The notes under the pieces are model-generated. The model ran no database searches, was not told the DNA's origin, and saw only the letters and a program-made list of their open reading frames with translations. The position numbers and the translations under genes were made by a program. A stretch of DNA of 64,000 nucleotides from Amoebophrya sp. A120 (taxonomy: Eukaryota; Protista; Dinoflagellata), in contig CAJINV010000004.1 of the NCBI GenBank assembly GCA_905178155.1, positions 94,969 through 158,968 of the forward strand, written 5' to 3'. Positions 1 to 12,300 of the stretch are shown one piece after another. Positions within the stretch are counted from its first letter, which is position 1; every line of letters begins with the position of its first letter.

Positions 1-24
1 TAAGCGCTTCCCGGACGCCGTGCT

Positions 25-580
25 GCCAAGGGGCGAAAGCCCTAGGCCAGCGCGGGGACTCGGTCCCCGCGCCATGGCCTAGGGGCCAGCTGCAGGCGCT
101 CCCCGGCGACACCGTGCGGCCAAGTTAGGGGCGAAAGCCCCAGGCCAGCGCGGGGACTGCTCGGTCCCCGTGTCATGGCCTAGGGGCCAGCTTTGGGCGC
201 TTCGTTCCCGGACAACGAACGTGCGGCCAAGGGGGCTAGCTACGAACACTCCCCGGACACCACACCGCGCGGCCGAGGATGGAAGGGGCAGAGAAAAGCC
301 CCAGGGCAGTGCGGGGACTCTGTCGCCGCGTCATGACCTGGGGGCCGGCTCCCGGCCCGGCGCGCGCCAGTTAGTTTCTTCTTTTCTTTTATCTTTGCGC
401 GCGGCAGGCTAATGAATCTAGTGCGCGCAAGCAAGGGGGCCGCGTCCGCAGGCCCGTCGCGGGTCAGTGAATGCAAGGCGCACCGAGATACCTAGCTGCA
501 GGCGACCTGCCTGGCCAGTGCCACCGCGCAGACAAATGTAATGCCGGAAGGTCGCCGCACGGGGACTCTGTCCCCGTGCT
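25..580. repeat. GC-rich degenerate repeat units, each with a GCGGGGAC-loop-GTCCCCGC hairpin; probably the 3' part of an insert that starts before the window
   Basis: Recurrent ggggcgaaagccc..aggccagcgcggggact..gtccccg..catggcctaggggccagc units near 30, 128 and 295; hairpin variant gcacggggactctgtccccgtgc near 557. Confidence 0.6.
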
Positions 581-820
581 CGGGCCTTGTTTGTAATGCA
601 AAGTCCCAAGTCCAAGTGCTGCCTTGTCGTGGCCGCACTGTTTGCGTGACAGATTCCGGGAGGTTCCCAAACAGTACTTACTACACTAGACGCATGAATT
701 TGTCATGGTGCACAGGCTCCTCCACGTGTGCTGGTATTTGTATTGCTGTTTAATATCTGCCATAGTACAACGAATGAGGGGAAGGCAGCTTGTGCACCCT
801 CATAGCCAGCATCAACGGAG

Positions 821-3699
821 GTGGGCGAGGTGGTCCGCAAACGCAGGACGTATCGAGGGGACGACGACGACGACTCCGCGCTTGCAATGTTAATGTACGA
901 CGAGGACGATGAGGAGGACGACGAACCCGCGCAGCAAGTTTTACTAGTTCAAGACGTCGTCGATGCTACTACTCCAGCACAACTCGTCCAACATCCTGAC
1001 GCGACAGACGCCAACCGCGGTCAGCATGATTTCAACATAATTTCAGTTCGCAGTAAGAACAAGCACGACGATCCTGCTGTGGACGTCGTCGGCGATATCA
1101 GAAGCTGCACGCCAGAAGTTGTAGCGGTAGAAGCCGTCAAAAATGTTCTCGAGGTGCCTTCTGAAAGCACAAGCAGTATCCAAGTCACAGCCCAAGGTGA
1201 AGAAGATGGAGGTGCTGGAACAAGAGGAATAGTAAAGCCGGATGTTGTTGTAAATGAAAGAGCCCGAAGAGAAACATCGCGGGCGGTCCCCGTGGAGGTC
1301 GTGGGAGCCTCGCCACGGAGCGGCATGAAGACGGCAACAAGCGTGCCAAAAATAGAAGCGACAAAGATGAGTGCCAAGGACGCGATGAAGGCATGGCCAC
1401 CAGCACCAAGTTCGTTTGCGGAAAAAGTAGTAAAAGACGACAGCTGTAAGAATGCGGCGCACGCGTTTGAGCGCATAAGGAGAACAAGCCGAACTACCTC
1501 TACCGAGGACAAAATCGACAAGCTGTTAAATCGCAACCTGGTATCCAGGAAGAAACACGTATCCCCATCCAATTTGTAATGCAAAACACGCATAAAATCC
1601 CGGATTTGTCATGCAAAAAATGGATGGGGGTGGGTGTTGTTTCCTCGATACCTGGAGAACCGCATGGCAACCGCGAACGTGTTCCTCCGTCTTCAAAAGC
1701 GCGAAGAGCCACCACAGCGTGGTTCTTCATCTATTCATCTCATTATCGATTGTAAAGATTAGATTGTGCCTGGGTTCTGAGGCGAAGGCGCCGACTAGAG
1801 CAAGATGAAAAGTCAGGATTTCTGACCAGGGCTGGAAAATAATTGAGGAGAGCCGTATCGAAATAATTAAATTGCCTGTAGTCCACCCGTTCTTGTTATT
1901 CGAAAATCTGTATTGCTTGACCGAAATCAACAACAAAAGTGCAACTTTCTTTGTCATGCCAAATTCTTGCAAAAACGCTCCTCGTCCGCTCCTAATCTAT
2001 CATCCACAGTTCCGCATCACAAGTTTTATTCCACGTATTCTCGTCGAGAGGACCCAGACGTAGTAAGTTACAATGCATATTACCCATGAAGACGACGCCC
2101 GGCAGGAGCCAGCCAGCTGCCTCGGCGGACGAGCGGAAGGACAAAGAGCTGCTCCCGGAAGCCACAGAAGTGCAGCCTCGACCAACCGCCCAGGCGCAAC
2201 GGATAAAAAATAAAGGAAGCAAAAACGTCAGCAAACACCAAAAGTGCTCTACTAGTGGAAATGACAATGCAGCGCCCCAGCAGCCGGAACCCGAACCTCA
2301 AGAGGAAGGACGAAAAGGAAGCCTCGACATGATATCCAAATGAAATAAAGCGCCCCCCCTCGCCAGAAGCAGAAGTAGAACGAACAGTTGGTATAATTGG
2401 AAACTCTCTGTGCACCCCTGCTGCTCGTGTGGATGTGCAAGATGAGGGAATAAAAAGAACTCGGGGGGCGCAACTTTTACGCATGATTATCACGACTTCT
2501 GGTAAGATCGGGCATGGTGGGGGCGTTTGTTTCCCTCGAGGATAAGTCTATCAGCAACTGGAGGATCTGATTGTCTCTGCAAGGCAGCTGACCAGTACTC
2601 CAACCTTGTCGAAGTCGTCTCCTTTCGCTCAAGCAAAGTCGACGGCCGAGCTGCATTTGGATCATCACGCTAGTAAAACGAAAAGCGGGACATCAGGAAG
2701 GACACGACCGTCACGACCTACTGCGGACGATGAAGAAAATCATCTGGATCATCTGCTCTCGAGCAACAGCACCAAAGATGCGGTAGAGGACAAAGCGGTA
2801 GAATTAGATGCCGGCCCTCTTACAACAACAACATCTTCCGAGACGATCCAGACAAGAAGTGGTCCAAGTGCTTCGCCTGCTCGAGAAGATCGCAAGCCTG
2901 ACCACGGGCAAGAAGAATGCGCTGTATCTCTCGATGTAGGTGAAAGGCGCGAGGAGGAAATCAGGAACAACGTCGCCAGCACCGTCACGGCACCGGCAGA
3001 CGACGAAGCCGCACCAGGAACAAGAAATACTGGAGACACGAAGGATAAACAAGCAGGTCCTCGCGTACCGCTACTGCAAGCAGCAGGACGCGGCTTGTTC
3101 ATCCCACGAACATCTCCAGTCGTATCTCAGCGTGAAGACGAGCCCCGATCAAGTTCAAGTTCCTACACGGAAAACGATCATGATTCTGATCATCATCGAG
3201 CGGTGGACTCGGCGGCCGCTTCAGAATGTACACGTTCCGGTCCTCTGGGCGCATCGCTGATGCTCGGGAATAAAACGAATACGAATTCCAGCACAACTAG
3301 CAGGCAAAAAAGGGCCGATTGCTCAACAAGAACCTCCTCGGAGCCGGAAGTGGACCTGAATCGAGTAGAGTACCTTGATTGGGTTCTCAATAATAAGGGC
3401 ACGACATCGGGCGCCAATGCGAGGGCCCCCGATATTAATGAAGTACAGGAGGTGCATGGTGCAGGACCACAAGCACGACGTCGTTCTGCAGCAACTGTGC
3501 AACAAGATCTTGCACTAGCCTCGGCCTCTTCGCAGGCGCAGCCTCCATCATCTTCGCAGACTGCTGGTAGCGGGGGTGAAGCCGGTCGTGTTTGCTCACC
3601 AGAGGACCAGCACGACGTCGAGAGGAAGTTGAAGTTGTCAACGAACCCGCCCCGCAGACCTATGCCCTGCTCAGCTGGAACAAGCTCAGCTAGAGCAAG
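821..3699 (+). CDS. Exons of an unknown low-complexity protein; ends uncertain, may be the 5' part of the RING gene
   Basis: Long ORFs 821-1579, 2086-2343 and 2606-3703; removing 1542-1650 plus one DR continues the frame (NRNL|ENRMATANVFLRL); GTGAGT donor at 3700. Confidence 0.45.
1542..1650. mobile_element. Introner-like element, family F (109 bp)
   Basis: tatccaggaagaaacac...gtgttgtttcctcgata; DR cctgg/cctgg; homologous to 12764-12876. Confidence 0.9.
1744..2079. mobile_element. Decayed family A-like element
   Basis: tatcgattgtaa..gcctgggttct versus gacccagacg..ttacaatgcata; DR not recognisable. Confidence 0.4.
2333..2490. mobile_element. Decayed family C/E-like element
   Basis: tatccaaatgaaataaagcgcccccc...ggggggcgcaacttttacgcatgattat; flanks catga/cacga. 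Confidence 0.4.
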
Positions 3700-4024
3700 G
3701 TGAGTAAGTACTTATGTAGAGCTGGGTAGACTTGTCATGTCTTGCAAACGAGGGCACACGAGGACCAGACACGCCGAGTCTGCTTCTTTGTGCTTGCCCC
3801 TTGCTCGTGCTCCTACTGCAACTCTGCATGTGACAAACTTTGTGCAGATTTCAAGACGGAGGTCGTTTGGTAGGTACTAGACATTTGCCACGCTAGACTC
3901 CGCCATATGGCTAAAGCAGATCAGGCGCATTTTGCATGGCAAATTGATGCAATTAGAGATCGTTCTTGTTCTGAGTAGGCCATACAACGTGCGTGGGACG
4001 GTCCGTCCCCGAGCAGCGCAGGAG

Positions 4025-4573
4025 TATCCTGTGCAAAAGTATGACACAAATAACTCAACCAAAGGCAATTTACCATCCCCCATCAAGCAAAAAAATCAAC
4101 ACAGTAATCTACTTGTATTTGTAATGCAGCTAGTTGATCTGATCTAACTATCAGGCCACTAAACTAGCTAGCTAAATAAGGTGTTTTTGGATGGTGAAAG
4201 GAGCCCGGAGATGGACTCTGTTGGTCCACGGATTCGCCCGAATCCGTGGACCAACATAGTCCATCTCCGGGCTCCTTTCACCATGCAAAGACACCTTATC
4301 TAGCTACCTTAGTTAATTATAATTAGTACATTAAAAAGTGGCCTATTTTACATGCAATTATCTAGCCTGTTTTGCACTATCAATTTTTTTTTTTGATCCC
4401 CCATGGTGTTTTAGATTTGGTTGAGTTATTTGTGTCATAAAAAGAATCGTACTCGTATAAATGCAAGTCTTGCATTGCAAAATTTTTTTTTTTGAAAATA
4501 AATCAGCGTGACAAATTTTAATTCTCATCCTGAGTAATGCATTTATACGAGTACGATACATTTGCAGTTCATA
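4025..4573. mobile_element. Introner-like element, family B (reverse orientation), with nested hairpin
   Basis: tatcctgtgcaaaagtat...tacgagtacgatacatttgcagttcata; DR aggag/aggag. Confidence 0.85.
4169..4306. repeat. Near-perfect hairpin with ~65 bp arms (MITE-like), nested in the family B element
   Basis: ataaggtg...ggtccacggattcg cc cgaatccgtggacc...caccttat. Confidence 0.9.
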
Positions 4574-4579
4574 AGGAGG

Positions 4580-4943
4580 TATGCGTTGCAAATGTGTCTG
4601 GGTCGTCTGGAAGGTTGTTATAGTCATGCTGATTCGCGAATGATGATGATCATGATGAACAGATTGCTATTGCAGTTGCAGTTCGCAGGCAGGCATGACA
4701 TCAAGGTCTTTCAGGAGGAGTTCTGTGCTTTCTTGTTTCTCTTTCTTCACATATGAAAAGTCCTTGCACTCTTTTCCAATAGAAACAAGAGATGCAGCAC
4801 CATGATGGATGTTGCGCGGTCACAAACCACACAAGCAGAAGCACAGCTATGTCAGACAAGATCAAAAATTTTTGCAAATCTTGCGAATTGTTGAATTAAG
4901 TATCATTTTCCAGAAGACCCGGACAGTAGATTTGCAGTTGATA
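4580..4943. mobile_element. Decayed family A element starting 6 bp after the previous one
   Basis: tatgcgttgcaaatgtgtctgggt...gacccggacagtagatttgcagttgata; DR not conserved. Confidence 0.5.
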
Positions 4944-5340
4944 CAACTAGCAGCGTCCTCGTCGCGCCAACATGGCCATGAGCTGTTCTCCACTGCTTGT
5001 CCAATAAGTACAACACCACGACAAGGCCAGGGAGCGGCGAAGATCATATTACCTCACACGCATAATTCTTCCACCGGTTCCTGTAGTTCCACCTCCCAAG
5101 CCTTCTACCATCCCACCGTGGCGCAGAAGCGCGGTCGCGAGGCGCGCAAGGAGAAGCAGAAGCAGGACGCGCTGGATTTTTTTTCGGGCATGCGCGACAA
5201 ACTACGGGACTTCCAGCGACAAACTACGCAGCAGCAGGTTCTACTATCACAGTGCACAGTGTGGTCTAGTCGTCCCACTCATTGTTCTTTTTTCTCATGA
5301 AAAATGATACAACCAAAGCGCCCACATACATGCTGCCTTT

Positions 5341-6144
5341 AGTTGAGCTGGGCGGCCTCAGATGGCACCCCCGTCCCGATTTTCTCTTGATTTTTTTTGA
5401 TTTTTTTTTCAAAAAAAATATTTTGATGGTCACTCGTCGTCGGGTGACAACGTTCGCTGGCCAGCCGCGAAGCTAAGCTGCACTATTCTACTAGACCCTT
5501 CTCGTTCTAGTACTGCTTTTATTTAAAGCGTGTCCGCGTTACAACTTGCTGCTTTCTTGTCTACTTCCAGCGACCTTTTTCGGTATCCTTTAGAAGTGGT
5601 GACGTATCCTCACAAAAAGTGCTCACTTTTGATGGCCAAAAGTGAACTCCAAAAAAGTCATCTTTTCCCATTTTTACCTCAAAAAAAAAGTCTCTCGATT
5701 TTCTGGAAGGTGAAACCGAAAAAGACCCGCCATAATTGAGAATATAAGTGCGAGAGGAGACTTTTTTCTAGACTTTTTTTTTGGGTATGCAAGGTCGGAA
5801 GGCGAAATCGAGGAGGAAAAGCGAGAGACTTTTTTGGAAGCTCTTTTGGCTTCCAAAAAGTGAGCACTTTTTGTGGGGAAAGGTTGCTGCTTGCTTTGGT
5901 GAGTGTTTCACGAGTCCACCATACCACTTGGAATAGCGTCGACGCAGCATACCACGCAGCTTCGACTCAACAAAGGAGGTGGGAAGGCGCTGCCGCCTTA
6001 GAAATTCACCGGACGACGTGGGTCGCAACCTTTTTCCCAATGCAAAGTAAAGCGAAAAATTCCAAATTTTTTTTCTAAAAAAAAATCTCAAAAAATTGGA
6101 AGAAATTTGGAAGACTTTTTTCATCTGAGGGGCCCAGCTCAACT
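5341..6144. repeat. Foldback segment with nested inverted repeats
   Basis: agttgagctgggcggcctcagatg (5341) versus catctgaggggcccagctcaact (6122); inner pair cacaaaaagtgctcactttt (5611) versus aaaaagtgagcactttttgtg (5855). Confidence 0.7.
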
Positions 6145-6342
6145 TTAGAAGCACCGTCTGCGTGACAAGTTTTAAAAGGAGTTTTTCTTCTTCAAACAGT
6201 ACGGGTACGATTTGTGTAAGTTTGGGTGGATTATTTCCCATGCGAAAGCCACACTCGTGGCCTTGCTTATGTTGCTGTGGCGGGTAGTTTCAAATTTGAA
6301 TGAGGGGAGCGGGAGCAGAGCTGTGTCCTCTCATATGGAACG

Positions 6343-9300
6343 GTGGACCTCGACAAAGGACGAACTGCAAGCGGGAGAAATGCAAGCGTTGCTCCTGAAG
6401 GAAACGGACAAATCGGAGAAGAAGCTCCTGGAAGAAGTGCTAGAAATGTACTTTCAACGCCGTCGAAAGCGGATCAACATGATTTGGTGGATCATCCTCT
6501 CGACGTCGACTTGCTTCACGGCAGTAGCAAAACTGAACCGCCAGCATGTTGTGCCACGAACACCAATAAGAATAAAGAACTCGCTGAACTACAACAAGAT
6601 TCGGATACTACTCCACCTGGCCACGCTGACGCGGCATCTCCTTGCGTCGCTGAGTTCGCGGGGTCCAGAGGTCAAGGCTCTGCGTGGCAGCGGCACCAAA
6701 TAAGGACCAACTTTAATCGAAGCGGGATCGCATCCGGAGCCGCGTCGGCGGGACCACGGGAGGGAAATGACAAGCAAGAACATGATCGCCCAGACTACAC
6801 AGAACAAAGCCACAGCGCTTGCAAAAATGAAGGCAGCAAAGTTCTTGTTCCGCCTGTTGTGCTGGATGATGCTGCACCTTGTTCTGGTGGCAAGGAACAT
6901 GGCGACGAGGGGGCAAGAGTATTATCGCAAGCGCGACCTCCATCGAGTCGTGGCCTAGATTATCAAGCAAAAAAGTGTTAACGTTAACGGTTTTCCGCAG
7001 ATGGCAGTCAGGCATTACAAATTTTGCCTTCCATGCATGCTACGCAATACAAATTTGCGCACCTTTTCTGATGCGTCACTGCATCACAAATTCCGTTAAC
7101 GTTAACAATTTTTCTTGTGATATAGATGACGAGTCCACCGATGGCCCCGCCCGCGTGAAAAATATCAAAACCAAAAGTACAACTTCTATGCGGCCACCTA
7201 TCCTGAGTAAAAACATCCCCACCCCAGAGTTGTCATGCAGATTTGCAATTGCAGGAATCCGCATGTTGTGGAATCCGCATCACAAGTTCAAGAAGATCCG
7301 TGGGTCGTTCAAGAAGAAGATCCGTGGGTCGTACAAAAGTAAGTAGCTCGGTTCCAAGTCGTAGTTGTTTGTAATTCGGTAGGGAATAGAGCTAGATACT
7401 ATGACACATGCGCCGCGTTTGTTTTCGTAGCGTGACATACCTGCAGTAGCGTTTCAGTCTGGTTTTGCTAGAGTTGTCGAAAAAAAAAAAGCAGGTAAAG
7501 TTTTGCAGAATAAAAGCAGAATACAAGCACCTCCCCAGTGAAGGGGAGGCGCTTGCATGAAATTGTCTTTTTCTCACAAAAAACTTAGGACGTAGCTATT
7601 TGCTGCTATGTGCGGCTTCTCTTTTTTTTTTTCTCCCGGAGCCCGGACCTCCTCCTCCCGGACCCCGAGCCTTCTCCTCCCGGCGCCCGGGCCTCCTCCT
7701 CCTGGCGCCCGAGCCTCCTCCCCCCGCAGTCCGGGCCCCCTCCTCCCGCTGCCCGGACGTCCTCCTCCCGGAGCCCAGACCTCCTCCTCCCGGAGCCCGG
7801 ACCTCCCGGTCCAGGGCATCTGTTTCATCCGGTCCAGGGCGTAGACCCTTTCGCGCGGGTTTTTTTGGAGTTTGTTAGTCAGCAGGACCCTAAGTGGGAG
7901 TAGGGTGGATCCCTTCTGGGGAAGTGCCTCGCTTTTTCGGGATGTAACAGCCACTGATCCTGGTTGACTTGGAGCTGCTACCGCTTCAAGCATTTTCCGG
8001 CAACTTCTGCGCTGCGTGCGCTCATTCTAGACCCGGTTACCCGGGGGCAGGGAAATAACGTGGTCTGCGTGCCCGTGGTTGCGAGTTTGGGTTGCAGCTG
8101 CGCTTGCTTCGCAGGCTGTGTTCAGTCTGCTTTCTGTCTTCCCCTTGGGGGCAAGTGGGGCTGGGGCTGGCGCTGTTCCCCCCATTCAACCACCGGTGGT
8201 GGGGTTCTGGGGGGTCTTGCCCTGGGGGCCAGGTGGTGGTGGAGTGGGCCGCTCCCCGCTACGGAAGCTGGGCGCGGCCTGCTTGACCCAGCCCCAATAG
8301 GCGCGGTCCAACGGGCCGCTTGGGTGTGTGCTCTGGATAACACTCGGAAGGAACGCAACGAAATATGGCGTTCTCAACTGTTACATTCTCAACTGTTACA
8401 TGAATTTGTCATGCAAAAACAGCAACAGGGAAAGGGGAAAGCTTGCAAGTCTTGCATCACAAATTTGGCACGGATTCAGATGCTGTTTAGCCCTTCGATA
8501 ATTTGTCATGCGAAGCAGCTTGATCGGCTTGCGGCTCATGGTCATTTTGCATGACAAATCATGTAACAGTTGAGAATGTAACGTTTGAGAACGCCATAAT
8601 ATCAAAACCAAAAGTACAACTTCTATGCGGCCACCTATCCTGAGTAAAAACATCCCCACCCCAGAGTTGTCATGCAGATTTGCAATTGCAGGAATCCGCA
8701 TGTTGTGGAATCCGCATCACAAGTTCAAGAAGATCCGTGGGTCGTTCAAGTAGAAGATCCGTGGGTCGTACAAAAGTAAGTAGCTCGGTTCCAAGTCGTA
8801 GTTGTTTGTAATTCGGTAGGGAATAGAGCTAGATACTATGACACATGCGCCGCGTTTGTTTTCGTAGCGTGACATACCTGCAGTAGCGTTTCAGTCTGGT
8901 TTTGCTAGAGTTGTCGAAAAAAAAAAAGCAGGTAAAGTTTTGCAGAATAAAAGCAGAATACAAGCACCTCCCCAGTGAAGGGGAGGCGCTTGCATGAAAT
9001 TGTCTTTTTCTCACAAAAAACTTAGGACGTAGCTATTTGCTGCTATGTGCGGCTTCTCTTTTTTTTTTTCTCCCGGAGCCCGGACCTCCTCCTCCCGGAC
9101 CCCGAGCCTTCTCCTCCCGGCGCCCGGGCCTCCTCCTCCTGGCGCCCGAGCCTCCTCCCCCCGCAGTCCGGGCCCCCTCCTCCCGCTGCCCGGACGTCCT
9201 CCTCCCGGAGCCCAGACCTCCTCCTCCCGGAGCCCGGACCTCCCGGTCCAGGGCATCTGTTTCATCCGGTCCAGGGCGTAGACCCTTTCGCGCGGGTTTT

Positions 9301-12300
9301 TTTGGAGTTTGTTAGTCAGCAGGACCCTAAGTGGGAGTAGGGTGGATCCCTTCTGGGGAAGTGCCTCGCTTTTTCGGGATGTAACAGCCACTGATCCTGG
9401 TTGACTTGGAGCTGCTACCGCTTCAAGCATTTTCCGGCAACTTCTGCGCTGCGTGCGCTCATTCTAGACCCGGTTACCCGGGGGCAGGGAAATAACGTGG
9501 TCTGCGTGCCCGTGGTTGCGAGTTTGGGTTGCAGCTGCGCTTGCTTCGCAGGCTGTGTTCAGTCTGCTTTCTGTCTTCCCCTTGGGGGCAAGTGGGGCTG
9601 GGGCTGGCGCTGTTCCCCCCATTCAACCACCGGTGGTGGGGTTCTGGGGGGTCTTGCCCTGGGGGCCAGGTGGTGGTGGAGTGGGCCGCTCCCCGCTACG
9701 GAAGCTGGGCGCGGCCTGCTTGACCCAGCCCCAATAGGCGCGGTCCAACGGGCCGCTTGGGTGTGTGCTCTGGATAACACTCGGAAGGAACGCAACGAAA
9801 TATGGCGTTCTCAACTGTTACATTCTCAACTGTTACATGAATTTGTCATGCAAAAACAGCAACAGGGAAAGGGGAAAGCTTGCAAGTCTTGCATCACAAA
9901 TTTGGCACGGATTCAGATGCTGTTTAGCCCTTCGATAATTTGTCATGCGAAGCAGCTTGATCGGCTTGCGGCTCATGGTCATTTTGCATGACAAATCATG
10001 TAACAGTTGAGAATGTAACGTTTGAGAACGCCATAATATCAAAACCAAAAGTACAACTTCTATGCGGCCACCCACGAAAATATCAAAACGAAAAATCCCC
10101 CCTCCCCATATCAAAGCGGAAATCTGTGATGCAGATTTGTTGTCACAAATCAGCTTTGTTATGCTACACGGGAAAAGATGCGGACTGTAGTGCTGGGTGG
10201 CGTGGGGGAGCCTTGCATCTTCAGCATGATAGGAGGCAGCTGAGAGTGGGAAACAGCATGACAAATTGCCTGCAAACGAGACCACGACTGCGGCTCTTGG
10301 CCTTCTAGCATGACAAGTCGATTTGGTACCTCAAATCCTGCATCACAGATTTCCATTTCGATATGGGGAGGGGGGATTTTTCCGTTTGATAGAAAATGTC
10401 ATCGACCACCAGCACGACACCCGCAATCGACTGGGCAGAGGAACTGGCCAGCATCAAGGCCGCAAAACGCACCCTGGGTGCCGCGCGAGGAGGTGGAAGT
10501 GCTGGTGGACCCAGTTCTAGTAGCACAACTACAACTTTCACTTCGGTCCCGACCGCGGCTGCCCTTGCCAGTCCGCGCCCGCCAGTTTTGCCGCTTCCAC
10601 CTACTGGAGCTGCTACGACCAGCACGACCCCATCGTCATTTTTTTCAGACGGTCGATATAATTATGTCACTGAAAGAACTGAAGACAAAAGGTCCACTTC
10701 TCCAGGCGCTTTTTCTTTGTCTGTGGCACACCGCCGCTCTCTGGCTGCCACGAAGACGACGCGGAGTAGTTTTCCGAAAACAAAGACGCCTGAAGGTATG
10801 AGAACCGACGCTCATCGTGATAGCGCGCAACAAAGTAGCCAGCACAAAAAGGGTGCTGCAACGCGGGCAGAGGACCGTGGCTGTAGTTTGTGGTCAGCAG
10901 CATCTCCAAGTAACTTGCCGAGGACCAGCTGGGACGCAGAAGACCAGGATCAGGAATATGGCTACTCACTCAGGTGTTCTTACAAGCTCAGCTGTAGTTT
11001 TTACCACAAACAGGCGTGGACTTTGTCGTGCATGAGCAGCATGGGGAACATGCAGAGTCTTGCGCAAGCTTATCGCAATACTACAAATCTCGCCGGATGT
11101 CACGGGGGCTTCGGGCAGCTCCGGGACTACTTGTTATGCGCAATTCAGTGAGAGTAGGCCTAGCCCTACGCCAGATCGTGTCCTTCTTGATGCGCGTCGC
11201 AGTAGATTTCGACTCCTGTTGTAAGTAGAACGGTTGGCATTGTAAAACACCTGCGCAGGTCATAAAAAGAACGTAGTGGCTGATCATCTTTGCCCCGATT
11301 TGCAAAATAAGAACGAAGGCGACCTCTGGGCCGCTCTTGATGATAGTGACGACACCGGCGCTCTTGGTGCTGCCCAACATGAAGAGAGCGGAAGCGATAC
11401 GTCGCCAAGATGCGCTGTTCTCTCACACGGAACCTGGCGAGCAGAAGCACAAAGCCTCTGTAGGCCAACGACACACACAGGAGCGGCCATAGCAAGAGCT
11501 ACGCAAGGACAGCACCGTAATACTAGCAGGAGAAAACGAAACGTAGGAATAAAGATGCGGCAGAACGATCGTTACACCCTTACTTCATCTTCACAAAACG
11601 AAGACTCCGCGGCAACAGCGCAGCACCTATCTGCGAAAGAGATTCTAGCCAATCCCGAGGAGAACCAGATGCGAAAGCGGATGCAGCTGTCATTGGCGGA
11701 GATCTATCTTCTGCAAAAGTACTCGTCTAAATAATCGCGCTAGTCACACATGTTAACAGAGCAATCCGCATGACAAGTGCAAATCTGTATGAAGTTTTCC
11801 ACTTGATGAAATACATAGGTTGCCAACATGCAATTTCCACTGGTACGTACACGTAGTACGATTCCGATATATTTGAAGTTGAACTTTTGCAATGCATAAG
11901 ATGGCCGACGACTGGGATGCAAAGCGGGAACGGCTCGTGGCGGCGGCAGAAAAAAAGAGGCTGAGGAAAGCGTTGAACAGGGACGAAAGATTGTCCACAG
12001 GCCACATCAAGGAACTACAAAGCATTTCCATGCAAGAAAACCAAAACAACGGCAACAAGAATAGCCACGACGACGACCTGCGAAAAAATCGCGGAACACC
12101 ATCTAAAACCGGGGCGCCGTGGTCCTCAGAAGATATAATAACACGAAGTAGTACAAGAACTACTAGAAGCGGCGCCGGCGCGGCCCCGAGAAGAACACTT
12201 TCTGTAGCAGAAACAAACCTTCCTGGTCCAGAAAGATCTGATGTGCAGAACAACAAGTACCTCGGAGGGGGCGACACTACGCCGCATGGTACCCGCGTGC

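Larger units (their letters stand above)
7162..10072. repeat. Tandem duplication with 1437-bp period: three copies of a 37-bp exon segment separated by two copies of a 1400-bp TAT...ATA composite
   Basis: 37-mer at 7162, 8599 and 10036; units 7199-8598 and 8636-10035; one substitution seen (7314 a versus 8751 t). Confidence 0.95.

Noticed and set aside
7635-7812. Pro-rich ORFs (PGPPPPG)
   Set aside because: Translation of a ~22-bp degenerate repeat within the composite insert.
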